From positions 283,960,001 to 284,024,000 of the forward strand of contig OZ024743.1 of NCBI GenBank assembly GCA_964016885.1: a DNA stretch of 64,000 bases, given 5' to 3'. Of this stretch, positions 36,661 to 52,365 are shown one piece after another; position 1 is the first letter of the stretch, and each line of letters starts with the position of its first letter. Both the position numbers and the translations under genes were made by a program. The notes beneath the pieces are model-generated. The model was not told where the DNA came from. It did not search any database and saw only the letters and a list, made by a program, of their open reading frames with translations. The DNA comes from Eledone cirrhosa (Eukaryota).

Positions 36661-38946
36661 CCTTTATGCAGTAGCTCCACCTACTAGAAATAGCCCATAA
36701 AGTTCCCTCAAACGTTAACTTAAAAGTGTTAGGTCTATTCGATCTAGGCTGATGTAAGCTAGACAACAACTAAAATGACTTGATGAATATTATCATGTTT
36801 CGAATTATTTAAAATTGTGTGTATATATATATATTGAAGTGGGTATTTTAAATTCTAGTGTACATAGAACGTTCAAACATGAACTGAATGAGCATTCAAT
36901 ATAAATGAGCAGAGTATAAGATTTGCACACAGACACATATATGCATGTATGTGTGTGTATATATATGGAGGCCTTTGTTTATGGGAAGATCTGTATATAT
37001 GTTAGGAAGAGACGCCTTTAATATACTATATTTATGTGGATGGATTAAAACTAATACAACTGAAAACTTGCAACAGTGAAAAGAATAAATGATTATATTT
37101 CCACAGTTTTTTGTAATAAACAATGGAAAAAAACCTAGACACATTTGAGTGGAAAGACTCAGCAATGGCAGTATGGACAGTAAAAAGAATAAAATAACTA
37201 AAATCGTTTGTTTTGTGCAGGTATAAAATATTTATAAAAAAAATTAAAAACCAGCTATGTTCAAGTTATGAATGATAGCTGAAAATTGACAGCTTGTTAT
37301 CATTGTTATCAACATAAACTAGATAGTTTTATAATCGCTATTTGTTTTATATCAAGGAACATAGTTCAAGTTCTTCAAAGAGTCAACAACATTAAATATT
37401 TAGAAGATAAGATGTTTAAGCTCTATCACTAATTACCTTAGTAAATACTAAACCAATTACTATTTAAATATATAACAATTAAATAATTTAAACAACAAAT
37501 AATATATTTTTTAATAAATAAGAAAAATTATTATTGGGTTTTCACTTGGACATGAAATTATAGATTTATGTAGGAGAAATTGAAATTATATTACTTAATG
37601 TAACAATACTCAGTACCTTGTAGGTCTGTAACAAAATTTGAACACCTTATTAGTAAAATAATAAACAGTGAACTAGAGTCCCACTCCCCTTGCCTTTAGA
37701 GCATTTAGTCCCTTACTCAAGACATATTTTCAGACATGTTGCTATGCTCTCCTTCACATCACACAAGTTAAAATAAGAATAAAGGTTCTGGAAAATGAAA
37801 ACTGGGTCAGATTTTCAATAGTGAGTGCATTATGTATATTATTTTGACATCTAAAAGCCTATGATGTAAGATTTACTCTATCTCTCTCCCTATTATATAT
37901 ATATATATTATAAAATAATAGGAGGCTGGACTGGTGTAATTCCTTAAAGGTATGTTTGTGTTTTGTATGTGTGTGTATATATATATATACACACACACAT
38001 ACAAAACACAAACATACCTGCTTACTGCATTGCATATAATGTATCATGGAACTTTACACAAGGAAGATTATTTTGTTTATGAAATTTGCTTTGTTTTTCA
38101 ATAATTGTTTTATCACCAAGGTGTATTTTGATTGTAAATACTGGACACATGTACTTAAATTAAATGGACTGAAAGCGATAAATATCACAATTGTGTTTGT
38201 CATGGAACAGCCAGCAATGAATAAGAGAAATTGCAACAGTTCAATAACTAGGTTAAAAACAACAAATTGACAATAAAACTCTGAAAATTAGCAAACACAA
38301 AAATAGGGCTGTGGTAGAATAAGACAACGGTTTTCAAATGTAACAGATAGATATAGAAAAACAAGTGTCAGACTGGGTTAGTGTTAAGTTTTAGTAATAG
38401 CTTTTTATGGTGTGTGTGTATATAATTTTTCTTGTTCAGTGGAAATTATGTAATTTTAACGCATTCACTCAAGTTATATTAATAGCAAAAGTGCCAGGAA
38501 TTTGTTTCCTTTTTTTTCTTCTTCCCCTAAGGCTACTTTTGGTTAAAGAAATGAAATTAATAGACTAATAGTTATTGTTAAATATCTGTCATATATTTAA
38601 TGACAGTAAAGGTGGAAATAAAACAAATAATTAGTGGGGAAAATTGTAGAATTACAGCTTTCCTGTTTGAATATGTCAAAGGTATATTCGAATAAATAAA
38701 AAAATGTACTGGCCTACATCCATGATCTACACTAACATATGTCCAGAAAGATTTTTTGTTATATCTATGTAAACATGTAATGTTCCTCAGAATATAATAA
38801 ATGGACACAGATAAATGTGCAATTCATATATGATACCTAGAAGTCAGTGAATTAAATGAAAGCTATTTCTCATGTATAAAGAGAGTATCGTTTTATACCA
38901 GTTTACATAAATTAACTTTGATGGCCTTGTTTTGTGAACAAATAAT

Positions 38947-39157
38947 GGTTTCTGATTTAGGCACAAGACCAACAATTTGCAGGGATGGGAAAATCGATTA
39001 AGTCGACCCCAGTGTGGTTACTGGTGCTTTATTTTATTGATCCTGTAGGGATGAAAGGCAAAGCTAACCTTGATGGGATTTGAATTCAGAACATAAAGGG
39101 CTGTAACTATATGCTGCAAAGCATGTTGTCTGATACCCTACCGATACTGCCAATCCA
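38947..39157 (-). mobile_element. SINE copy (longer subfamily)
   Basis: Family core, B-box and A-box present. Confidence 0.85.
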
Positions 39158-41538
39158 TAATGAATTGTATTTTAATTAGAAGTATGTATTCAAAGAGATA
39201 CGTTTTGATTTCTGAATCCTCTATTGGTTGAAGAGCCCATAGTCAATTGGTAGTGAGATCAGTTGAAATTACCCTATGTATTTAATGGATTAGTTAAAAA
39301 AGGAATGCCACTAGAAAATATAGAAAATGAAACATGACAATGTAAAAATGATCTGTGTCAAACAGCCTCTTCAGCTTTGTCGATCATCATCATTAAACAA
39401 TGATATCTGAACAGTACATCATCATTTTATGTCTTTTTTTTCCATGCTTGCATGGATTGGACAATGAAATATAATCAGGTTTTCCTAGATCAACCAATCC
39501 AATTCAAGAAATATAATAAAATGAATGCAATTGTAGTTTAAATGTAATTTTTAAAGATGCTTTTAAAACACTATATTGGATTAAATTGCACCAGTTATGA
39601 GCTGTAATATAACTGGATTTAGATAAATAATTATGTAAATCAACTGAAATCCTTGATATCGTCACTTAAATTACTAAAATTAATATCTCATTAAAAGGTG
39701 TCAAAGTAATTTTAATTTTAGAAAATCAGTTAAAAACTAACATGAAAAATATAAACACTTTTGTTTTTGAATTAGGTTTTTAGAAGAAAATAATTGAAAA
39801 TAAAGAAAACAGCAGGAAGTAATTATATATATGGTTCAATATTGTGATTTCTTCCCAAAATTAAATAATATGCCATAGCTGAAAAACCAAAATAGAACGT
39901 TTATTAATTAAAATTAAGATGGACATTAAAAATCTCCTAAAGTATTTAGAGTTTTAAAAATGTAATAACATAGCTCTCTTAAACTATAAAAATTAAAACA
40001 AATCTATAGGCATACTTTGCTTTAACACAGTAATAATATGTTTTAAAAGTATCATTATATTAAAAAAATATTTTGTTTCTTCATTGCCAAGTTGATAAAT
40101 TACATAGGTATATTTTCTCATAAGTATTTTTCCCTTTCACTAAATATTAATTTTCAGAAAAGAATATAAAAGTTGGTGCATAAAATGCTAGTAGCATATT
40201 TAATACAACTTCATTAATGGAAACATTTTTTTTTACATGAGGGAACTCTCCAATATTTTATAAGAAATGTATGGTCTATCATAACAATCTTTATTATTAT
40301 TAGACTTATTTTTTATTTTATGACATTTCCACATTACTGAACACAGCCCTGTGTGCTTGGGTATGTGTAGTGTTGTTTTAGAGATATTGTTTCTATTGTA
40401 TTGAGAGTACTCTTCATAATATGTGTGCAGTGCCTAGTAGTGCTATTTTATGTAGGTTGTAAAGTTATGTATCTGCCTGTGTATTTTTATTTTTCCCAAA
40501 GCACCTATTACTATAGGAATTGTTTCTGTTTTCAACATCCACATTTGGGTTATTTCTATCTCCAGATCTTTAGTTATTATTATTATTATCATTATTTGTA
40601 ACACTTTTGCTCTGGCAGATGTTATACCAAATGAGCAAGCCATAGTCAAAGGTCCATTGGGTCATTTCTTCACCTTCAACTTTATTGTTATTACTATTAT
40701 TATATAATATTATTGTATTCACTTGTGCTTCATTATAGACAATAATTGTTTCTACTTTAAACAATATTGACTATGAATACCCTCTAAGCTTTCTTTTTCT
40801 TTTGCACTTTTCTTCAGCTCCTTCAGTTCATAGGGTTTACTTTGTACAATGATAGTGTTAAAATCAGTCATTGCATGTGAAATGTGTGAACTGTCATCTT
40901 CAGTAGAGACTTAATATTAATACTATTATTATAATCTTAGTCATTTTATTTCAATGGTTACAGTATTTCAATTTATTGAGAAAGAATTTTGAGGAATTAT
41001 TATTAAGAGTGTAACATAACATGTGGTGCTTATATAAAATCATGTTAGAAAATTTTAATTTAAACAGGAACCCTTCATTGGTTACATTTCATTGAACCAG
41101 AGCCGATTTTGGTCGGGTTGGTATTAAGAGAGTTAACAATATTGAAATAACCACTTGAAATACTAATTCCATATTCCTAAAGGCAACCTAAGTCTTCACA
41201 TAGCTTTGTAGTATGGTTTCATTACAAAAGATTTTCTTTTTGATGTTTTTAATTTCATCTTACAGAAAAAGTGACTATTTTAAAATTTGTGATAGAAACC
41301 AAATTGATCTTCATGTACTCAAACTACAATCACAAATATGGAATCCTGAGAATACAGGAAATTGATAAAAATGTATCAAACTGGTACTAGACAGTTTCAT
41401 ACACATAAATATACTTAGAATTAAAAGAGACAATTGCACATACACTCAAATATGTATTTGTTTGTGCCTGTGCAAACATATTTTTATTTTTAAATAAATA
41501 ACAATTCAAAGATAGTAGTCTTCATGACTTCAACAATG

Positions 41539-41636
41539 TAGTATATTATATTGATGAGATGTCGATCTGAAGTCAGGCCCCAGTCATTATGATTGTACCC
41601 TGAGCTGATCGATATCGAAACAATTATCATATGCTA
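41539..41636 (+). ncRNA. Degenerate minimal hammerhead ribozyme
   Basis: TTGATGA, then a 10-bp stem II (41558-67 with 41607-16), then GAAAC-aatt-ATC, then stem I-like ATATGCTA/TAGTATAT. Core C3 and G16.2 are mutated. Confidence 0.5.
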
Positions 41637-41829
41637 ATAGAGTTTATTTATGGTGCAACTTTGAATTTGTTCCTACTTACTTACTTGTATGTATGTATGT
41701 ATGCATGTATGTATATATATATATGTATTGTGTGTGTGTGATATATATATATATATATATCACACACATACATGCTATATTGGCAACTATATAAGTTTAG
41801 TTTGCAATCAGATGTTATTACCATAGTCT

Positions 41830-42080
41830 CGAGTTGAGTCAAGCTTTATGGGTGAAATTGGGTAGAAAGAAACTGTACGGAAGCCCGTCGGGTGAATTGT
41901 ACCTGTAATTCAAAGGCCCAGTCTTATTACACTTTGTGTCATACTGATTCTGCCTTAGAAGTACGTTAAAGGTACACGCGTCAGTGGAATACTCAGCCAC
42001 TTACATGTTTATTCATGAGTCGGATGTTTGGTTGATTGAAAGATTGAATGCTTATCATTGAAACCGATGGAGGATCCATC
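41830..42080 (+). mobile_element. Remnants of other SINE-like repeats
   Basis: GGTAGAAAGAAACTGTACGGAAGCCCGTCG and CCTGTAATTCAAAGG...CTCAGCCACTT segments resemble octopus repeats (recalled, unverified). Confidence 0.4.
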
Positions 42081-42094
42081 ATTATCATCATTGT

Positions 42095-42145
<51 letters not shown>

Positions 42146-42625
42146 CATTTATGCTATATATATATATAAATGCTATCAGGCACACACACAATCTTGTACA
42201 TATATAGGGCTTAGGGCTTGAAGCAGAGAGACATATAGCAATCGTAGATCTGGATGTTTATGTGGATTGGGAGAGAGACAATGTTGAAGAGAAAGATACA
42301 ATTTGAGCCCAGCTTAATATTATTGTGAGTGAAAGATGTATCAAGCAGAAGCCACTGCTATATGCTAAATAGAAAAATAAGTATAGGCTCTTTCTCTTTG
42401 TTTGTTATTTCATCAGATATGTTTCTATAAAGCAATAACAGATTATCAAACCAGTATTTTTAGGAAGAAAATGCCAAATAATCTCTATGTTTGTATGCAC
42501 ACACACACACACACACATGCAAAAAAAAAATATATATATATATACATACATATATATATGCATACACACTCATACATGAAGGCAAACTAGAATATATATA
42601 TACATATATTTATTTATGAACACAC

Positions 42626-42686
<61 letters not shown>

Positions 42687-42787
42687 TAAAACAAAATATA
42701 TATTATAAATAAATATGGAAATGTATATCGTTATATATATATATATTTATGAATAAATAAACATACACACACTTGTATCTGGATGTA

Positions 42788-42839
<52 letters not shown>

Positions 42840-43296
42840 TAAATAAGTATTTGTAACAGTAACAGGAAAGCTGCACAATTCATTTGTGTGGTATAATGGA
42901 TGATATGACATAATGTTTAATCTGAGAAAAATCTTATGTATACTTGTTAAAAAGATTCAAAACAAACCAACGATGTGTTAGGCAGCATGCTTGAGAATTA
43001 TAATGAAAAATAACACTTGTTTCACACAAATATTTCTGATATTATACAAAATCATAAAGGAACAGAAAACAAAAAGGGATAAAGATGAAAAGAAATGTAT
43101 AAAATGTTGGCCTTATTTAAGTTTTTTCAACACAGAACCATGATATTTAACCTATGTGATATGGTTGGCATGTAATAAAAGGTAGAACAATGGAACAAAC
43201 AAACAATGTGTGCATACATGTGTGTGTGTGAAACTTTTCTTGGAGGATTCTCCATGAATAGATAGTATTTAATTTAATGACATGCAATGACAAATT

Positions 43297-43355
<59 letters not shown>

Positions 43356-43436
43356 TATATATATATATATATATACACACATGAACAAGTATTATACATA
43401 CATATATATTTATTTATAATTATATGCACACACCAG

Positions 43437-43484
<48 letters not shown>

Positions 43485-44562
43485 CATACACATATACAGA
43501 ATTTGTAAAAAAATCAATAATAAAAAACAGCTTCTTTAAAAATATTTTTTTTTGTTTTGTTTTATACAGTGGTTAACATTATGACTGTAAAGCTAGTCAT
43601 ACCACATACACACACATACACACCACCCCCAAAATATCCTTGTTAATTAAAAAAAATGTAATAACAACTACAGCAGCAACAAATGAAGGTAGTTAATGTA
43701 AGGAAAAAAAAAACTTAAGATGAATAGCAAAACAGGTTAAAATAATATAACAATTTTAGTATTTTTAGGGACGGGTATTTCAATACAGAAGAAAAAATAA
43801 CAAGGAGGGAAAATATTTAGTAGAAAACAAAGCAATCACAAAAAAACCCCCCAGAAAAAAGTAAAAAGTAGCAACTTGATGATGGTAACTGGGGATCAGG
43901 GAGTTAGTGAAGTTGCAATTTGCAGAATATAATTAAGTCTCCCTTAAAACCTTCTCCACTGTCTTCAAAATGTAAACACATACTGTGTGCCTACAATCAA
44001 GGTAGTATGTCCATAACAAAGATAGTATGGCCACAATTTGATGTTGTTGTTGGTGGTGTTGGCTCTTCAGTAAAATATCCTTCTCTGCTAGATCAAGGAC
44101 AAGAGATCAAAGAACAGCAGGACAACAGAGGTAAAAGGGACATAAAGTATAGCTAGAGAGGTTTCTCTATTGTAAACAGCACTTTTTGAAAAGAGACATA
44201 GATATATATATTATACATACTATACATACATATATTATATTTATATATACTATACATACATATATTATATTTATATATACTATATATACATATATTATAT
44301 TTATATATACTATACATACATATATATATTTATATATACTATACATACATATATATATTTATATATACTATACATACATATATATATATTTATATATACT
44401 ATACATACATATATTATATATATTATACATATATATACTATACATACATATATTATAGATATATATATACTATACATACATATATTATATATACTATATA
44501 TATATATATATATAATAATCATCATCATCGACATTTTAATGTCCACTTTCCCTGCTAGCAAG

Positions 44563-44608
<46 letters not shown>

Positions 44609-45342
44609 ATAACATAAAATAAAACAAAAGGCAATGAAAGCAATTTTATCACAGAAAGGAACTTGGTGTGAGGAACAGAAGAAAAAGAAATGACACAAGG
44701 ATAAATGGGGAAATTATATTTAAAAAGAAATGAAAAAACAACAACAAAGCACACACACACACACACACAAATAAATAATTAAATAAATAAATAAATAAAT
44801 AGTCGATATTTGATGTGAATTATCGTCAGGGATCAAAATCAAAAACTGTTCTGTCGAGTAATTGTTTAAAGTTGTTACCATCAGGGAATCATCATATGCT
44901 TTTGAAAGCAGACATAGTTTTTTAATGATCAGCACAAGGGCTTCATGATGTTAAGAAAAAGTCGATTCTCTGAAGAAATTTTAAATAAAACTTCCAAGAT
45001 GGAACACTTAATAATTATCAAGAGAGTTGGTGTGATGTTTGCAGGTTTCAATATCACTAAAGTCAGTGAATTACAAAAATGGATAGACTGATAGACTGAT
45101 GGACTGACAGACAGATTGAGACATAAAAATAAAGGGGCATATATAGAAACGGATATATGTGTGTATACATTATAGACACAAAAGTAATTCAGCAAGAAAT
45201 TTGTGAGAGTTGTGTTCATTAATTAATTTATTATTATTATTATTGATTAGTTAGGATTTCAGTGAGAGTTGAAATCTCACATTATGAAAAGAAGAAAAAT
45301 GTTATTTTAATTTAGTTAACATTATCAGTGGAAAAAAGAATT

Positions 45343-45345
<3 letters not shown>

Positions 45346-45426
<81 letters not shown>

Positions 45427-45805
45427 TATATGTATGTATATGGATATATATGTATATGCATATATATATATATATCTGCATATATATATATATATATATA
45501 TATATGCATATATATATATATATGTATGTATATGCATATAATACATATGTATGTATATGCATATATACACATAGATATGCATATACATACATATGTATTA
45601 TATGCATATACATACATATATATATGCATATACATACATATATATATATGCATATACATACATATATATATGCATATACATATCTATATGCATATACATA
45701 TATATATATATGCATATACATATATATATATGCATATACATATATATATATATGCATATACATATATATATGCATATACATATATATATGCATATACATA
45801 TATGC

Positions 45806-45851
<46 letters not shown>

Positions 45852-45893
45852 TATACATATATATATATATACATATATGCATATATATATATA

Positions 45894-45935
<42 letters not shown>

Positions 45936-46095
45936 TATGTATATATATATATGCATATATATATATATATATATATATGCATATACATACACATATATAT
46001 ATGCATATACACACACATATATATATGCATATACACACACATATATATGTATATATACACCAAATATATATGCATATATACGCATATATATATAT
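45346..46095. repeat. (TA)n/TATGCATATACA microsatellite (similar blocks at 44205-44600, 47518-47835 and 48420-48620)
   Basis: Direct reading of the sequence. Confidence 0.9.
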
Positions 46096-48451
46096 GATAA
46101 TATTAGTAATACAAAATATTTGTTTATTATGATGGAGACCATTTACATTACCAGAATGAAATGTTAGTGAACTAATTTATAGAACTCCCAAAACTCTCGC
46201 AGTTCATCCAGGTATATTTCTATCAGAAACTGCTGGTTAGAGAAATATATATTATAGTTGAAATGTAATTTATTGAAATAAATATTAAGTGAAAATAATA
46301 TGATGTATCTTATTCATTAACAAGAGAATATATTTCTAACAAGACTTCTTTTCCTGAAGAAAAAGAGAAACTCTAACATCGTTTGTAATATGTTTTAGTT
46401 CTTGAGCTTTTACTTTCAGTTGAAAATGAGCTGTTAGTATTGCTGTTGCTTTAAACTATAGACTTGATTTAAATATATGAGTCTCTCATTGATAAATTTA
46501 AAATAATTCTGGCCAGAATGCTAGATTCCATCATCTTAATTTCTGCAAGTGTGTGTGTGTTAAGATAAAATAATTCAAATTCATATCAATATTAATTTTC
46601 ATTAGTATTTTAAGCAATAGATATAGAGATAAATAAATAGAATAAAAGAATTTCTTATTACTTTGTATAAAAAAAACTCACAAAAAAAAAATTTGTATTA
46701 AGTCACTTCACACTAAAATGTGAAGAAAATTCATTGATAAATTTCTATTTGTTTCCATAATGTTCATGTAAAAATAAGTGTTTGGTTGTATGTCAATGTA
46801 CCTCAACAAAATACATACAAATGGCTATTGAATGTAGTTTGCATGTATACAGCTCAACAATGTACATGAACAAGTACAGAAAGTTAGGTACGAGTATATA
46901 TCTATGCATACATGCATGTATGCACTTCAACAAGGTACATGCGTTCAAACATTTATTAAAAGTTGGATGTATGTGTATGTGTGTGTGTATGTATGTATGT
47001 GTGTGTGTGTGTGTATTAACACATATACACTGAGATGTTCCCATCCAAAATTGAACATCTGAAAATAAAAATATCTGAAAACTTTCAACAAACATGTAAA
47101 AATACGTATTAAAGGGATAGAAACATTTCTCTCTCTCTCTCCAGCTTGCTTCCTTTCTTTCTCTGTCTCTCTCACACACACTCACTTTCTTTTTCTCACT
47201 ATCTCTCATTTTTTTAAAATATTTTGTTTCACTCAAAGTGCTGGGTCAGCTGACTGGTCCGACTAAGGTTGTAGGGATTGTTTGAAGACAAATAATTTCT
47301 CCAAAATTATACATCAAACAGCAACATTTTGGTGGCAGGACGATTAAAAACCTAGCTCTCATTCCTTGGTTGTCATCAAGAATTTTTACTGCACCTGAAT
47401 ATCAGGAGAGAAAAATGAACAAATTTAAGATTGCCAGCAGCAAATGCTTATAATCTTTTGTCTTTCTTTTTGCATTATCCCATTCTTAGTCAAGTTCATT
47501 TATTTGAACTTATATTTGATATATATATATATATATATAATTTATATATATATGTATATATATATATACATATATATGTATATATATATATATACATATA
47601 TATACATATATACATATATATATACATATATATATATGTATATATATACATATATATATATGTATATATATATATACATATATATAATTATATTGTATAT
47701 ATACATATAATATACATATATATATATATATATAATTTATATATATATATATGTATATATATACATATATGTTTATATATATGTATATACATGAATATAT
47801 ATATATATATATATATAATATTTATATTATATATAACTTTTCTTTAAAAAAATTATTTTAAAATGTTCTTTCTTTTCTGTATTTGTTTTTCAAATTAACA
47901 GGAAAACAAAACTGTATTATTTGGATGACAGCAGTAAAAATTTCATCAAAGTAAAAACGGAAAAAAAAAATGGACTCCTCTCTCTAAGCACACTGATACA
48001 TTTTTCTTTATCTATACTTTTTTTCTTTTCTTCTCTTTTTAAAAACAAAGCCATAGTATGTTAGTTACTGGCTGAGTTACCCACCCACCCCTCAAACCAT
48101 GTTAAAAACAAAGAAGTATTAAACAAAACATGAATAGTATATTTATGTAGAACTTGTTTCTTTGTTTCTTCATCATATCATCTAATGTCATTAGGGTTGA
48201 TGTAAATGAGCTTTCATTTAACTCTTAGATTTTAAATATTTCACAGTGTTTGTTATAAAGAAAAAAAAGTGAGAACACTGAAAAAACATGTAGAAAATAA
48301 AAAATAGCATTTCCAACCATTTCAGAATTAAAGAAAAGAGTTAGAAGAAGTGAAAATGGAGAAAGAGAAGGTGAAGAGTGTGCTTGTGGTGTAAGGGTTG
48401 TTGGGTTGCGATGGAGTGAATATATATATATATATATACACATATATACAG

Positions 48452-48550
<99 letters not shown>

Positions 48551-50312
48551 TGCAACACACACACACATATATATGCATACACATACACACACACACATAT
48601 ACATGTGTGTGTGTGTGTAAGAAATATAAAAATAAGTCTTTTAAAACTAGACATTTTTAAGTTAAAAAAAAACCGGAACATTGTAAACTGTATTTTATAA
48701 AATGATTAGTAATAAATTAAAAGAAAAAAATTATCTATATATATTATATATATATATATATATATATTGACAGACATAATAAATTATAGAACTTAAATTA
48801 TAGAAAATGAAATATACATTTTTTTTTTGTTTACAGCAATATTTAAAAAAACATACAAACACAAATAAAATGCTCTATTTTCCACACTCGTTTTCAATTA
48901 TTATCATTATTGTTGTTGTTGATATCATTATTATTATTTTCATCATCATCATCAACATTATCATCATTATCATCATCATCATTATTAATAATCATCTTTT
49001 AAAATAGTCTTCTCAAATGTTGACACTATCAGCATTAAGAGCTGAAATATGATCTCTGTGACTTTTAACAGCATCAATAATAAAAGGTCATATGCCTTAA
49101 TGAAATTAATGGCAAGGTCAAAGATCATATTTGAAGACACATAAACATGCACATCTACATACAAATACTCACAAACAAATTAATGATGATGATAACAACA
49201 ACAATAATAATAGTAATAATAATAACAATAATAATAATAGTAGTAATAATAATAATGGGATAAATTTCTTTTAGAAAATTAGAAAAAAAAAAATAACGGA
49301 AAAAATGCTTTTCTTTTCTTCAGTTTTAGATCATCATTCCAGTATCATGGAGCATAAGGTGTGTTATATAATTGTGTATGCCTGTGAACATGTGTAAGGG
49401 CGTTTCCACAAAGCCTCTTCTGTGAGCACATACCTTTTAGTTTACGCTAGGAGTTTAACAACAGAGAATGGCTATATTTAAGTGCTATGCATATGTATGT
49501 ATATGATGTATTCATACATACACATACATGAAATATATAGATATATGCATGTATGCAAAGAGACATTCATATATACATGCTCTACATGTACACACTTCAT
49601 ATGTGTTATATATATACATACATATAAAACAAATACATGTTTAGAGGCAATTATATATATATATACACATACACACACACATATATATATATGAAATTAG
49701 CTCATCTGTCTTGTGGGGCAGGCAAATTCAATTAGCCCACCTGTAATACTCCATTGGTTGACAATAACTGTACCTCTGCCTCAGTCACAAGGAAGCGACA
49801 CATGTTAAATTGTCCATGGATGGTCGCTTATGATTCCAAAAGACATCTTGGTTTTGGTTGAGTTTGGTTTCTATTTGATTTTAGGTTTTAGTTTTAGTTT
49901 GGCAAGGAAGGAAAATCGCATTTCATTTTTAGTTAACCAATGGTGGTTATGGGAGGGTGGAGTCCGTGGAGTTTTTATCCGTCAGTTGGTGGACGGCTTG
50001 GTGGAGTCATTGTCGTTGTCGGCGGCGGCGATGACAATGATGACAGCACGGCTGTCACAGCAACAACACAGTGATGATGGATAACAACAAAATCTCGGAT
50101 GTGTAATCATCAACATGATCAACATGATCACCTTCATCATCCTTAAATCATCATCATTATCGACATCATCAGAAATCGTGGTCATCATAATCTTCATCAT
50201 CATCATCATCATTCAAACCAAATAAGACAAGATTTATTTTTTTAAATTTCTTCTGCTGTAGTTGATTTTGCTGCTGCTGCTGTTGTTGTTGGGTTTGTGG
50301 TTGCTCATGATG

Positions 50313-50379
50313 TTATATTTCATAAGGATAAAGCCAGTCATTTCTTAGGGAGAGCATGCTGGGTCTGCAGACAGGGTTC
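50313..50379 (-). CDS. Putative terminal coding exon of an unidentified gene: (R)NPVCRPSMLSLRNDWLYPYEI*
   Basis: Acceptor ATTTCTTTCAG|G, phase compatible with exon 62183-62218, TAA at 50313-50315, followed by kilobases of U-rich 3'UTR-like sequence. Confidence 0.5.
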
Positions 50380-50769
50380 CTGAAAGAAATATATACAAGA
50401 AATAAATTATGTATATATATATAAATTATATATATGTATATAGACTATATATATATTTTTAACCGTTGGTCAATGAATGATAAACATTGATTGACAGATA
50501 AATTAACTATAGAGATATAAAATATACAGAAGCGAAAACCAATCCAAACCAAACAGCAAGTGTGTTTTATTGTTATTTCTGGTAATATTATAACAATATG
50601 ACTATCTCCAAATAAAATAATAATAATATATATATATATTCACCCCCATGCCTCCTATAGGCACATGCTGAAGCATACATCTAGTATCCACCATCTTCAC
50701 CTTCATCCCCTTTCCAAACATCTCCCATGTCCTAACTCTCCACTCTTCACACATGCCCACCTCCCTAAT

Positions 50770-51010
50770 CCCCACACATCCATCCTTCACTGTAAAGTGG
50801 TCGTGTAGGTGTCACAACAAAAAAAGGTCCCAGTCCACACTGTAGAGTGGTTGTGTAGGTGTCACGACAAAAAGCACCCAGTATTCACTGTAAATGTGGT
50901 TGGCATTAGGAAGGACATCCAGCCATAGAAACAAAGCCAAAATCAGTTCTGTATGAGCAAGATATGGTCATCTAACCTTCATTTGCCTCAAATAGGACAA
51001 CCCGTCTAAC
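50770..51010 (+). mobile_element. RTE 3'UTR fragment
   Basis: CACTGTAAAGTGG repeats and TTGGCATTAGGAAGGACATCCAGCC, as in 10100-10340. Confidence 0.75.
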
Positions 51011-51054
51011 CACAGTTAGTAACATACTTAATACATTAGTAAAGTGTAAACATC

Positions 51055-51159
51055 AAGTTTAATATAGAAATGTTTTCTACAGGACTAGAACTGTTTCATT
51101 TCTGATGCTTTCTTCTGAATGAAACAGATCTAGTCCTGTAGAAGTCATTTCTATATTAA

Positions 51160-51163
<4 letters not shown>
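51055..51163. repeat. Hairpin with 46-bp arms (3 mismatches) and a 17-nt loop
   Basis: 51055-51100 is the reverse complement of 51118-51163. Confidence 0.9.
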
Positions 51164-51201
<38 letters not shown>

Positions 51202-51312
51202 ATATATATATATATATAACTTTATATATATATATATATATATATAACTTTATATATATATATATATATATGATTCATTTTACGTCCACTTTTCTCTGCT
51301 TGCAAGGGTTGG

Positions 51313-51361
<49 letters not shown>

Positions 51362-51364
<3 letters not shown>

Positions 51365-52275
51365 ACCAAACTCTGGGAGGGCTCTGTAGAAACAGTAGAC
51401 AGCTTCTGCTACCTAGGTGACCGAATTAGCAGCGGAAGTGGGTGTTCGGAAAGTACAATAACTAGGGTAAGAACGGGATGGAAGAAGTTCAGAGAGCTAC
51501 TGACACTGCTAGCTGCAAAAGGCTTTTCTCAAAATGAAAGGCAGACTGTATGATGTGTGTATACGAACAGCAATGTTACAAGTTAGTGAGACCTGGGTGC
51601 TGTCTGTGGAAGACTTGCATAGATTAGAGAGAAACGAAGCCTGCATGCTCGGATGGATGTGTAATAGTAATATACGCGAACGGCAAAGCATAAATGAATT
51701 GAGAGAGAGACTGAGCATAAGAGGAATCAAATGCTGTGTGCAGGAGAGGCGGTTGCGCTGGTATGGACATGTGATGCGTATGAAGGATGACAGCTGCATA
51801 AAAAGGTGCAAAGCACTAGAAGTCGATGGAAACCATGGTGTGGGGAGACCCAAGAAGACCTGGGATGAGGTGACAAAAGCCGACCTTACCCAATTACACC
51901 TATCAAAGGCAATGACACACGACCGTGACCTCTGGCGTCACGCAGTAATACAGAGTACCCGACCCCCCCCCGGGTACAAGCCGAAGCTGAAGCATATAGA
52001 CAATATGCCCCCACACCCTCCTACTGCAAAGTGGTTGTGGAGATGCCACGGCAATAAAGCACCCATCCTACACTGTAAAGTGGGCGTGTATGCACCACGA
52101 AAAAGCACCCAGCACTCACTGTAAATGAGGTTGGTGCTAGGAAGGGCACCTAGCTGTAGAAATCAAGCCAGAATCAGTTCCCATATGAGCAAGACAAGGT
52201 CAGCCGACCAGACACTGCCCACAACAGGACAACCCGTCTAACCCATGCTAGCATGGAAGAACGGACGTAAAACGG

Positions 52276-52305
<30 letters not shown>
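51362..52305 (+). mobile_element. 5'-truncated RTE LINE between (TA)n tracts
   Basis: Highly similar to 9463-10390, with a (GAT)n tail. Confidence 0.93.

Positions 52306-52365
<60 letters not shown>

Noticed and set aside
49830-50300. ORFs with poly-M/D/Q runs
   Set aside because: They derive from (CAT)n and (GCT/GTT)n trinucleotide tracts downstream of the putative stop, so they are likely UTR.
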